The notes beneath the pieces are model-generated. The model ran no database searches and was not told the origin of the DNA. It saw nothing but the letters and a program-made list of their open reading frames with translations. Position numbers and translations under genes: made by a program. A stretch of DNA of 62,180 nt, the filler included, from Catajapyx aquilonaris (taxonomy: Eukaryota), in assembly GCA_000934665.2 (NCBI GenBank). It is 2 parts of 2 records of this genome, joined end to end, with 100 filler letters (N's around TTAATTAATTAA, not from the genome) between each part and the next. Parts side by side here need not be neighbours in the genome. Positions count along the whole stretch, not along the records: positions 31,140 to 62,180 come from JYFJ02004593.1; 1 more part is not named here. One strand, given 5' to 3'. Shown piece by piece: positions 51,267 through 62,180 of the stretch; within the stretch, counting starts at the first letter, position 1; each line of letters opens with the position of its first letter.

Positions 51267-53932
51267 TGACTACAGAAATTCAAGCAAGGAGAAGTCTTTT
51301 TGGAAGGGGGGATTTTCGCACCATTAGCAAGCGTTATAATTGCACCGTCGAAGACTTTTACGAAGTCTGGCGAACACTGGAAGAAAAGATACAGGACCTT
51401 GAAAATGAACTTGGAGACTGCAGAGACAAAGTATATGGCGGAGATACCAGAGTTGTGTGTCAATTTTACTCTATACCGGATATCTACGCGGTACTACCTG
51501 ATAATGACTATGATCCAGACTTTTTAAAGTCTAAGACCGAGGTTGTTTTGACTGAGAAAAGTGATATTATCGTTAATTTTGTAAAACGAACTACACGAAT
51601 TATTCAAACTGTAGCGATGAACTTGAAGTTTCCCGAACCTCCAAAACCAACCTGCTCTGATAGTAAACACAGCATTCTTTACGCCGGGGACAGCAAAACT
51701 ACAGATAAAAAAGTTACTACTGTTCTAATGCCCACAATTTGGATTCCGGAGGACAGCGAAGCGGCAGCTGAATTGGTGAGAAAGGACTATTACGAAGGAG
51801 ACAAGAATGAAATTTTTCCTGGCTGTCCTAAGACTTTCGATAGGGAGGATATAGAACGGATCGCAGATTCAGACGATGAAGACAGAAAGGGAAAACCATA
51901 TACGGAAATGGTGAAGCGTCAGCAGGAAAAAGTAGGCACTCTTCTCATGATAAATCAGACATTAAGGGAGAGGCTGATTATCGACGAGAGAAAGCATCGA
52001 GTTGGGGATGCAGACTTGGAAGGTATTAGTCGTCCAAAGGAAAAGGAAGATTCCCCTCAAGAAAAAGATGAGATAGTCACATGGAATAATCCAATCGAAA
52101 TCTGGATGAACCCTCCTCCAATGGTTACTTCCATAGGATTGTACACACCTTCAACAAAACTGTTCCAAGAAGAGGTAGCGTTGAATATGCCTCATAGAAA
52201 GAACACTCGCCTGAGAGAGAGAATAGCATCATTGGCTAAACGTTTTGGGGCCACTAGAAAAACCAGGACTGCACGTCTCAATGCTATCTACAGAAAATCC
52301 TGGATGGAAGTATATGTTTACCGTAATGTTCCAAGAAAAGGTAAGAAAGCCTTCAAAGCTGTGACCTGGCCATCGCGACCTAGCCGTGACCAAAAGAAAT
52401 CAACCTCGTTTGGTGATAGTAAATGCCCAGATCTGCAATTAGCCACAGCCTCGAAGCATGATAACAATCAGACGCCCCAAGAAACGTCACACCCTACGAA
52501 TGAGAATGAGATAGCGTCTCCCACCGAACTATTACGTGGGGACAGCGAACTAGACGCAACCACCATCACAAATCCCATACTGATCTCTCAGACAGTAGGC
52601 CTAAGTAAAGGATTCCAGGAGCCTTCCGGAATCTTGTCGATTCCCGTAATAGATAATGTAATCCTCTCAGAATCTAATCAAGAAATCCTCGAAAACATAT
52701 TTACTCTTCCTGGAAAAAATAACAAGCCTAAAACTGAGGAAGTATTGATTGGAACTCATGGAATGTTGAAGCTATTTAGGAGGTGTGAGGAATATAACAA
52801 GGCGATATTAAGTGAAGAGGTGGTTGAAAAGCAGCCTTACGATTGGGTCTCCGAAACAATAAAATTATTGACACATGGTCAAGCGGTACCCATGAGAGGT
52901 TGCCGGAAAGCAAAAGAGTCAGTGATAGTACCACATGAGGTGAATTCGACCACTCAGGTCAAAGACATCCTGAAACCGATAATCGTAAAGAGAGCCACAA
53001 CAAGAGCATTAAAACAAGGTTCAAGGAGAAATATGCCTGGCAAGTTCGATCGGGCCACTAAAGTCTTCGAAACCAGGAAATCGACGATCGTAACTAGTGG
53101 AACGATACAGCCACCTACGCAGATTAAGGAAACTGACAAGCTGCCAGCCAAACCCTTAAAAAATTTGGATCAGTGTATAAAACCGCCCAATAAGATACCG
53201 TATAATGTGAAGTCGACCACTAAGAATAAGGATATCAAGAACTCCTTCGTCTTAACTAGCAGTACCACACCTGGGAAGTGTGAGGCATCTTCCAAGTTGC
53301 CAGAAAAACAGGTTGCAAAGGAAAAGTATCCTGCCAAGGCCGAATGGGCCTCCACACTAATAAGTCTGTATCAGGATACAAAAATGTCCCAGAAAGACTT
53401 GTGTAATGTGAAGTGGATCACTGAGATCGAAGAAAAAGAGGGTCAGTTCAAAGTAGCTAGAACCACTCAAGTATATGCGAAGAGTGAGGCATCTGGCAAG
53501 TTGCCAGCAAAACAAGTTGCAAATGAAAAGCCCAAATGGGGCTCCAACTTACAAATAAATTTGGATCGGAGCACAAAGAAGGTACCAGTACCGTCTGATG
53601 TGAAGTCGACCGCTAAGATTGAAGTCGTAGCTAAGAGAACCACACAGGCACCTGAGAAGTATGAGGCATCTGACATTTTGCCAGCTAATGAAGTTGCAAA
53701 GGAAAAGCAGCCTGACAAGCCCAAAAGCTCCGAATCACAAATAGATTTGGATGTGGATAAAACGGAGGTACCGTCTAATGTGAAGTCGACCGCTTATGAT
53801 GTAAGGAAGAACCCGTTCATCGTAACAAAGAGAATCACACAGGAACCTATGGAGATTGAAAGAATTAGCCAGTTGGCAACAAAACAAACCACGCCGTCAG
53901 GTAGCTTGGACAAGAAAGAGAAATCGCCCTAG
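51267..53932 (+). CDS. Large terminal exon of an unknown Lys/Thr/Glu/Pro-rich protein (>=888 aa) with four C-terminal 60-67-aa repeats
   Basis: 2.67-kb open frame that begins exactly at a strong acceptor (TTTTTATTGTTGCAG|, phase 1); repeats anchored on (N/D)VK(S/W)(T/I)... EAS..LP..QVA.EK at 53204, 53405, 53597, 53777; no recognisable domain; upstream exons not resolved. Confidence 0.75.
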
Positions 53933-54620
53933 AAAGAGTCACGTGGCCCACAGTCGGCCCCACGCGAGACAAAGCCATAACCTTTCTTCAAAGAAAGTCA
54001 ATGACTGCGCTCCTTTTTTCGCAGTCTACATAGTATCTCCCAAAATCACTCCAGAGTGCACAATGTAGAGTTTGATGTATGTCTACATATGCCACTTATA
54101 CCAATTTTTGCCTGAAAACATAATACAATATGAGTGTTATCTCACAGAATACTTTTACTTTTGTGTTCATGAAAGAGTAACCTGGAAAATATTTTTGAGA
54201 ACTGTTAGTTAAGGAAATAGTGACACAATAAGGGGATAAAGGTTTTCTTTCAGAATGGCTTATAATATACAGACAAGATATTCACTATACAACCCTGTAT
54301 AGTGTATGTGTATACAGTATGACTTCCTGAATAATCTCGATTATTGCTTTGGGAGGGTTTGGAAATAGGCTATTCAATTCTGCCGCGCGTCTTATAACGA
54401 CGCGACGCGACGCCTCCATGCCAAACTTGATGTAGAGCATTTACTCCCATATTAAGTTAAGGGTGGGTGAATGGTCCTGAGAGGAAGGGGAGAGACATTT
54501 AACACTACACACAGAAGGACTTGTACACAAAATGACCTCCGCATCAAGAAAAATCCACGTGACTTTCCATCGACTACCCTCCCATCGATGCTTGTGATGA
54601 GTTACTGCTAGAAGAATGTA

Positions 54621-55290
54621 CGAGGGCCAGTCAAAACAAAGTGGGACTGATGCTTTTATGTGATAAAATAATAAAATTACTTCATGATTTTTCGTGAGTG
54701 GCATCGTGTCCAGAATGGCTTGAAGTATTAGATCACCAACTTTTGGTTGAATATTCCAAAATCCCAAGTGACAGTGACACCGAAAGTAAGCCTAAGTTTG
54801 CATTCACCTCCGCTATGCCAGGTGGTTGGCGGCGAGGACCAACATTCAGTGTTGAGGTTTTTCTTCCGTTTGAATACAACAGCGATGGAGGCATCCGCCA
54901 TGCTAAGAGAGGTGTATAGTGAAGAAGTGTTCCACAAGATTCCGATGGTACGAGGCATTCAGCGAGGGTGAGTAGTAAGCTTTCAAAGACACAGGTCTGC
55001 AGACTCCCGTCAGAGTTCTGACAGAGAACCTCATTAGCATCACCTGTGCAGTAATAGTTCAGGAAGAACTCCGCATATCCGTCAATGGCCTTGCCAGAAT
55101 ATGTGGTATTTCCCATGGTAGTACCAACGCAATTTTTCATTGACCATTTGCACATAATTATGACTCATTTGCACCCGATGTGATGGGTCCTCAGGTTGTT
55201 GACTGCAAAGGAAAAGCAGATGCGGGTGGAGGTTTGTGAAGAGTTTCAACGTCTTGTGACATCACAATCATGTTCACCAGTAGCCTAGCT
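54621..55290 (+). mobile_element. Decayed mariner transposon, 5' portion
   Basis: TA|CGAGGGCCAGTC TIR; frameshifted translation QHSVLRFFFRLNTTAMEASAMLREVYSEE (N-terminal HTH), RISVNGLARICGISHGSTNAIF (second HTH), WVLRLLTAKEKQMRVEVC (WVPHEL-type linker). Confidence 0.85.
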
Positions 55291-55315
55291 ATCTGCTGTT
55301 CACAATCTTGTGGCC

Positions 55316-55360
<45 letters not shown>
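55316..55360. repeat. (AAT)15 microsatellite
   Basis: Perfect trinucleotide run; may be the tail of a minus-strand retroelement. Confidence 0.9.
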
Positions 55361-55361
<1 letters not shown>

Positions 55362-56731
55362 GGTACATGTAGGTAAGTGCACCGCCTTTCTCAGGCATCT
55401 GGTGCGGACCTTTATTACAAACATATTGTTACATTGGACCTTTTTCATAACGCTCAGGTACCATCGAGCAAGGATAGGGTGACTGGAAGTAGTGCGTAAT
55501 TTATGCAAGTGCTTCGTGTTTGTTTGTTTTTGCGTGAGTTTCATTATGGTGGGTGTACAGAAATTCCACCTCAATAATAGAAGTCAATGACACTCAACCA
55601 CCCTTGCGAATATAAGGAGAAAACCAGATCTAATATAGAACCATTCTATTCGTTATTGAGTTTAAGTGCAGCCTTTGCATCACTTGCATTATCACACTTG
55701 AAATATGCAGTGTAAGATAGGCCTATCATTTACAACAATATTACATGCAGCAGTGAGGAAAAAATATTGCTTTTAGCTTGATCGTTATTTTCATGACTGG
55801 GGTAAATGACCACAGTTAATGATATAATTTGTTCTCCTCGTTCCCACCTATACAGCATTAATTGTTCAAATGCAACAGTTTCTACTTTATTACGACGAAT
55901 TATTAAGTTACTATAGTGCAACCGGAAGTTATAAAGTGTGAGTAAACCTTTATACTGCTCCGATAACTCCCAAAGTAATGTGAAGCAGTATTTTTATTTT
56001 GACAATGACAAACATTTTCCTGCAAATGAATATGGCTATAAAATAACATCATTATAAAAAAACACATGTAGAGCTAAAATACCGTAGACAAAAAGTTACA
56101 AAATCTGGGCAAGCAAATCAGGTTACATGGCTGTACTTTTTTTAGTACCCCTTGTACATATATCCTACTCGATTTAGAAATATCCTGTAAAAGAGAAAGT
56201 GAATTCAATCTATTTTCGTTTATTTTAGTCTACGTTCCCATATGGGAAAGGCCCTGCGTGCCTTTCAATTATTCCAAATCGGATGTAGCAGTCAAAGAGC
56301 TTCTCCTGGTTTTCATAGAAATTCACACGCTCCGGTTCCGCATGTTGGTTTTTCCCATGAAAGCCTCTTCCGTGGCCTCTTTATTTGGTCATTGCCAATG
56401 ACGTGATGTACAAGGTAGCCTTTTAAAGAGTCATAGTTCAGTGAACAGAATGATGTGGCCGGAGCCTCGAGTCATATACTCATATAGAGAGCGACACAAA
56501 AAAAAAAAAACGGTGCAGGGCCGCAAGTGAAACGTTTGGCAGGATTGTTGTATACAGTACTGCACAATGCCGTTATTGTACACATGATTTTTCAGAGAGG
56601 TGAACCGAAACTGCTATTTTGAGTGATTTAAAACGTTCACAAGTAATAATAATTTTATATGAATTCTAGATGACAATTTAAAGTGACACTTCCCAGAAAG
56701 TAATATTGTTCTATTAAAATGTAATCACACT

Positions 56732-57987
56732 CTATAAGGTTAAGTTGTTTGGCTGAATCTCCATGCAATAGCCCTCGTTGAAACGATTGGAGCAGCTCTT
56801 GCAACACTTCTGCTCTCCAGGACAAGAGTAGTCACCCACACACGGGCGCAATGTGGACACGTTCAGTTCAGGGTCCATTTCATTGGCAGTAGGACAACGG
56901 CCCGGTTTTTCCTGATCTGTAATATATTGTAGTTGAGAATTAGAGAGCCTCGCTATCCAATACTGGACCAGGTCCGGTTCCTCTTATATTTAGATGTGAC
57001 TAGAAAGGGTATCCTCACCTTTGCACATGTGGACAAGGTTAGTGCAGTTAAAGCGATCCGGAAAAGGTACACAGTAGGATCCATCTGGATTTTTTGGGTC
57101 CTCCAGAATATTTCCTCGTCGGGGGTTGTAGTATCTGTGGGTCAAACTGATGCGATAGCTAGTGTATCTACGTCCTGCTGGTTGAGATATGGACAAGTGA
57201 CTCGGAGGGGCGGCACCTGGTGAGTACGACACAGGTCCACTATTGCACTCAGGAATCTCTGAAAATGAGGTCATCACTTGTTACAACCTGGGTCCTACAC
57301 TGCCAGCTGCAAATACTGCACAACATACCTCCGGCTCCGCACCAATAGGATGGGCAACATTCCGAGTATCCGAGGGCAGCACCCTTAACTTCCTTGCATT
57401 CTGATCTATTGTAGGGTGCGAGAGGGCAATTCACGCTACTGCAAGGATCTAGTAGGTTTGAAAAAAAAGGGTCATATGAATGCGCAATATGGCAGTTTAC
57501 CAAGAACTTGCTGTGTACCTGGATATGAGATGCTATCGAAACAATTCCATGCAGTTTTGACCACGAAGGTGCCAGTTTCGTATTCCCTAGGATGCTGATG
57601 TTGAGGATTATCGCATTTCCTCATCGTGTATTGCTCCTCTTCTTTTTCTAAAATTGCAGTACGCATTGCTTTAACCATAGAATGGGCAACAATACCTTTC
57701 AACAATGTCAAAAATGAAACTAACCGTTAAACACATGCAATATCAATAGGATTGTTCAGAACACTCATACTAACCGGGACAAATGTACATGAATGAGGAT
57801 TTCCATGGAACTTGAATAGCAATACATCCTTCGGTCAGGTTTCCAGTCTCTTTCAAACACACTCCGCTTGAATCTGTAGAACACACAGTCTGAACTATCT
57901 GAAGAAGATGCAACAGTGTCGTACTATACCTTGAGCGAATCCCAACCCAGCCAAAAGCGACAGAAGCAGAATCGTGATCGTAGCCAT
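56732..57987 (-). CDS. Secreted cysteine-rich protein, ~282 aa, SVWC/VWC-like module plus C-terminal WAP (four-disulfide core) domain, 6 exons
   Basis: Exons 57987-57930 (MATITILLLSLLAGLGFAQ, signal peptide), 57873-57775, 57647-57501, 57448-57329 (CSSVNCP..ECK..GYSECCPSYWC), 57258-57019 and 56916-56732 (KPGRCP..CVGDYSCPGEQKCCKSC..YC). All introns are GT-AG, phase 1, 52-127 nt; the joined 849 nt is open to TAG. Confidence 0.85.
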
Positions 57988-58028
57988 GACGACTATGGAA
58001 ATCCCTCAGATCCACTCGTCTGTTTCAC

Positions 58029-58067
58029 ACTGAAGCATTTTTTCTGGCGCATGAATAGATTTATATA
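58029..58067 (-). promoter_or_regulatory. Core promoter (TATA box + arthropod initiator) of the SVWC-WAP gene
   Basis: TATATAAA at 58067-58060 and TCAGT at 58033-58029 on - strand; +1 about 34 nt from TATAAA and 44 nt upstream of the ATG. Confidence 0.7.
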
Positions 58068-60058
58068 GGGGGTCGAGCTTCCTGTGGAAAAATGTGGCAG
58101 AGGAAAGAGGATGAGGAGGAGGGGGAGAGAGTATAATAGTCGCATGTGAGCATCTAGCTGTTCGGCCACCATATTCGCGTGACTTTTGGTGCAAATTGCG
58201 TTGCCCTTTCCCAATCTCTTGCCTTGCGAATTAGTCCACTGGACCCTCTCTTTTTTTTCCTGCCGCTTTTCCTGTTGTCATCAAAAAATCATGGCCGATT
58301 CTGTTCCATACAAAAATTGGTTTTAGAACAAGGGCTTACCATGTGATGGCATATATTGATTGCAATTGATATTTCAGATTGCGTTGAAATAAACTGGGAT
58401 TCAGAATATGAACCGTTATGTGTGACTATTTTTACCTACAATTACTCTAAACTGTAGTCACCGTGTAGTCTAATGGTGAGAAAGGAGTAGGTCATGATGT
58501 GAAGTATGTAGGTTAGGCATATAAAGAGTAATCTGATAATCTGCTGGTGGTACAATGGGTTTGCTACTCATCGCTGTCATAAAGCACAAAATTCATAATA
58601 ATAAGAGAAAGAGAAATGGGACAACAACATCTATGGTGCAGTGATTTTTCATAGTGAAATGCTGAATTTCACTTCCCCTTCTTGACAAAATATGACTCTT
58701 TCACGTGCATCATTGTCAGTGTTTCAGACCAAAGTTTAGTGTCCTGCCTGATATAACTAATAAAATAAACTGGTATCCAAGTCGACATTAAACATCACTT
58801 AACCTCTGCGGAACTTACATAAAACTTGGCAGCCTATCAAAATAATGAAGTAAAAAATGATCGTGTTTTTTACGCAAGTCAGTTTTTATGTGGAATTAGG
58901 ACCTACTGCCAGGCACGTTGGCTCAAAAAAACAAGGAAATGCGTCATCAGCAGTTCTGCACTGTTAACAGTGCAGAACTGCTAATGACGCAGGTTTACAC
59001 TTACCGATACAAAGTGGTTAAACTAATTTATTACCTGAAGAGGTGACATGCAAAACAGGATATAGGCATATCCATTTTTGGTCAAAATTAGCTGGCAACA
59101 CCGTTTTTCTCTCCTTGGTGGGACCTACATCCTGCATGTGAATATTGCAGAATTACAAAGATTATAATCTTGGTAATTCTGTAGGCTACAATATTCACAA
59201 CATGCAGCACGATCGGGGCAGGAAAAAAAAAAAACATAAATCTTGGTTATTTAAACTCCAAACACACCAAACACTGCTAGTTTCGGACTTGGCATCAGTA
59301 GAGACCAGAGGTGTATAGCTTCTCTACTGGTGCCAAGTCCGAAACTAGCACTTTTTGGAGTTTCGCGGTGGAGATTCAAGAGGTGCATCATAAATGGCGC
59401 AAGGGCGGTCTCCACAGTCAAAAACCGGGACGTTACTCCACAGGCAATGGTGTGTACAGCGAGCAAAGAATTCTGCAGTTTTCCGATTGCCTTGTGCAAT
59501 CATAGCCTTTTCAGGGCCATAATTTTATAAATGTGAAATTATAGATCAGCTGAGGCACGAGGAGCGCTGTTGTACAGTGCAATACCAGAGGTTCACGACC
59601 CTTCCCGCTATACGTTCTAAGAAAATTAACCTTAATCTATGCAGGGGGCTTTAAATATTATGCTTTGTCGCTATATTGCCTCTCCAGTCTCCCAAGTGGT
59701 GCTCTATACGATAGACACTGGTTCATAATTATAACTACAGTGCCGGATGTCTAGCCACATGATACAGCCCCTTTCTACTTTTACCACGTTTTGATGCTCT
59801 CGGCAAGGAGTGATTAGTGATTACATACCAAAAATATCACTACGTTTCAAAATGTAACAAATTGTAATCCAACATCTCCACATGTTGGACAAGAGCTTTA
59901 GATACTACTGAACACAAACACCATGTCGATCGAAGCATTTTTTTTTGAACCTGATATTCGGACAAAAAAGACTAAGATCATTTTGCATTGAAGCGAAATT
60001 CAATATTGTCTGAACCTTTTTGTCGGTTACAGAACCATATTTTGTATACGTCTATAAA

Positions 60059-60237
60059 GGGGAGACGGAGTGGCGCTGCGGAAACGCATGCACCCACGGA
60101 TGTTAAGGTCCCGGGTTCGATCCCAGCCCGGGGACACCCCCTTCATCTCGTGCAGAGTTCGGGGTCATCTCTGGCTTCGTTTCGGGTGGTATTTCCAACA
60201 GACTAAGCCACCCGGGGGAGTTCACAAAATGACCACA
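60059..60237 (+). mobile_element. tRNA-derived SINE family A head and body
   Basis: AGTGGCGCTGCGG A-box, GGTTCGATCCC B-box; colinear with 45505-45648 (-) up to ~60237, then diverges. Confidence 0.85.
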
Positions 60238-60659
60238 GTTACAAAAATATGTCAACAAGATCTGCCCCGGGGCCAGACCCCCAGACGCGAGCAAGCAGAG
60301 GCCATTTAACATGGGCAGGGATAGAAAAGTCCCGCCTCTGCTAGCATTTCGCCGCCATCTTGATGAGCAGGCCAAATTTGGCCGCAAGAGGCGCGCATCT
60401 GGAAATTGGTCAATTATTCCACCATTCAAGTTTCACACCCCTGGGCCGCCCCTGGGCAAGGGCATGAGGCAAGACCGGCACCTTGACTGCTTGTGACTGG
60501 AAGGACAACTAGCTGGTGAATTTGGTGTTGACAGACTGTTCTTGGTAATGTATGCCAAGTAAGCCAAAATTGATTAATTAGTATGTAATGATCCTTCCTC
60601 CTAATACAGCTAATCCATTGAAAAATGTCGAACGTCCAACATATGGTGTCTACCCAGCG

Positions 60660-61706
60660 AAGTCAACCATTTGGCTTCAAGTGGACTATTGAGAATAATA
60701 TAAAGCGGTAGAAGCGGAGAGCAAAAGTATATCCCAACAATTTACTTCTGGTGGAAGCGAAACAAGGAAGTGGATAGGATGACACTTCATCCCAAAGGCA
60801 ATGGTCAGGAATCTAGCGGTTTTCTCTCACTCTTCTTCTGCTACCGTCCTATTCCAACTGGTGATGCGCTAACAGCATCATGCAAGTACTCTATTAAGAG
60901 TGCCACCAACAACGACTACTCAAAAGGTCCAATGTCCATGTGTACAGCAGGGAAAATATGTCTCTTTCTTGGGGTGTAGGCTACCTAAATTTATTTCTGT
61001 CGAAGAGTTGGCAAGGAGGTCAGATGACCTTCTTCCTAATGGTACCCTGACTGTGGTTTGTGAGCTGGAGATCATGTTGGAGAGAAAATCTGAGGAGGTG
61101 AAAGAGAAAGTTGAGGTTCATGGCCCTGAATTATCTGAAGACGTGCAGCAATATTTGAAGTCACAGAAGACCGATGTAACGTTGGTGGTTAATGGGTCAG
61201 GGTTTGAAGTGCACAAGTTTATTATGTGTGCTCGTAGCCCAGTATTTGCAGCCGAGACTGAGGAAAAAATGACAGGAGAGGTGATGATCAAGGACTTCAG
61301 TCCTGAAGTGGTGCGAGGCCTCATACACTTCATGTACTATGATCAAACTCCAGAAAACATGACTGATAAAACAGCTATGGATCTGTTGGAAGCTGCTGAT
61401 AAGTATCAGATTCTTCGGCTGAAGTCTTTGTGCCAGGTTCATCTCATAAGCCGTGTAACTGTAGAAACCGTACTTGATATTCTGACTGTGGCCATGATGC
61501 ATGATTCGCCAGTACTGAAGGAAGCATGTGTGAGGTTTGTCAAAGCCAACGTGAACGCGGTTAAGGGGTCCGAGGCTTGGAAACAGTGTACTAATGTTGA
61601 AGTAGTGAAACTCCTTTTTACACGCTTTATATTAGTTTCACTTTGTCCGTGTGTGTGTGTGTTTGTCCACCCCTCTCTTCGCCATTGCCCCACCATCTAT
61701 CGGTAG
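60660..61706 (+). pseudogene. Intronless MATH-BTB (SPOP/Roadkill/TDPOZ-like) gene with frameshifted MATH domain and open BTB-BACK region
   Basis: MATH motifs split over frames (FKWTIEN then stop at 60709; LHPKGNGQESSGFLSLF; SWG; KFISVEEL..LLPNGTLTVVCE). BTB motifs are in one frame: DVTLVV..FEVHKFIMCARSPVFAA..IKDFSPEVVRGLIHFMY..DLLEAADKYQILRLKSLC..LKEACVRFV..SEAWK. The last ~30 codons come from the adjacent repeat. Confidence 0.85.
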
Positions 61707-62180
61707 TTATTAACGTTAGGGGTGATTTCGCGCCTTCCTGCACCATCTAGCGGTTCGTATTCACATTAGGTAGTCACGTGATTGGCTGTGTTCGCTACCT
61801 CCCTACCGTCTGCGGTAGTAGTCACGTGATGGGTGAATTTGCAACTTCCATACCTACTAGCGGTAGTAGTCACGTGAGTCGGTCCCTTGCCCCACCATCT
61901 CAGCTACTTCCGTCAGCTACTTCCCCCCTCTCCACCACTTCTTGCTTTCCACCCCATTGGTGGGGGGGTTCGCTCCCCACACCATCTAGCGGTTGGTATT
62001 CGCATTAGGGGGTCACTTCGCAACTTCAACGCCAGATGGCGGCAGTAGTCATCGGGAGGTAGTCACGTGATTTGCTGTGTTAGCTACCTCCCTACTCACA
62101 TGATGGGTGAATTAGCAACTTCCATACCTACTAGCGGTAGTAGTCACGTGAGTCGGTCTGTTAGCAATCTCCACGCCAGT
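61615..62180 (+). mobile_element. Helentron/DINE-like non-autonomous element with (TG)n and internal tandem repeats (runs off the window)
   Basis: Starts in a T run TTTTTACACGCTTTATATTAGTTTCAC, followed by a (TG)n microsatellite and repeated CCATCTAGCGG / GGTAGTAGTCACGTGA / GCAACTTCCATACCTACTAGCGG blocks. Confidence 0.6.

Noticed and set aside
57874..57900. Alternative acceptor at 57899 for exon 2 of the SVWC-WAP gene
   Set aside because: Would give a 31-nt intron and the wrong phase; the 57874 acceptor gives a 56-nt phase-1 intron consistent with the rest
60059..60135. Functional tRNA gene (also at 31142-31243, 33280-33350, 46115-46185)
   Set aside because: A/B boxes are present but followed by shared SINE bodies, tails and TSDs; no clean cloverleaf or oligo-T terminator

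Overview
Eukaryotic, most likely arthropod, genomic DNA (spliceosomal GT-AG introns, a TATA + TCAGT initiator promoter, an interstitial (TTAGG)n tract). A synthetic 100-nt spacer (44 N + TTAATTAATTAA + 44 N at 31040-31139) joins two contigs, so the two halves need not be neighbours in the genome. The left contig (1-31039) has no credible coding exon. It looks like a long intron or regulatory desert with a hAT MITE, a tiny Tc1/mariner MITE, small tandem repeats and candidate recursive splice sites. The right contig starts with a ~117-bp satellite array carrying an internal inversion and nested insertions, then a decayed RTE-X-like LINE. It continues with genes I could not assign to known families: (1) a 5-exon minus-strand gene, rebuilt by hand through three micro-exons, for a ~958-aa secreted Gly/Ser/Asp-rich protein made of ~60-aa modules with an acidic-to-basic gradient; (2) a large plus-strand terminal exon for an ~888-aa Lys/Thr/Glu-rich protein with C-terminal repeats; (3) a 6-exon minus-strand gene for a ~282-aa secreted Cys-rich protein with an SVWC-like module and an atypical 7-Cys WAP domain. 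A MATH-BTB (SPOP/Roadkill-like) pseudogene with an intact BTB half follows. tRNA-derived SINEs, mariner, Sola-like, Harbinger-like and Helentron-like elements are interspersed. The best candidate for an undescribed system is the secreted Gly/Ser/Asp repeat protein (possible adhesive/cement/silk/eggshell-type material protein), perhaps co-expressed with the neighbouring SVWC-WAP gene. No searches were run; all family calls rest on motif recognition.
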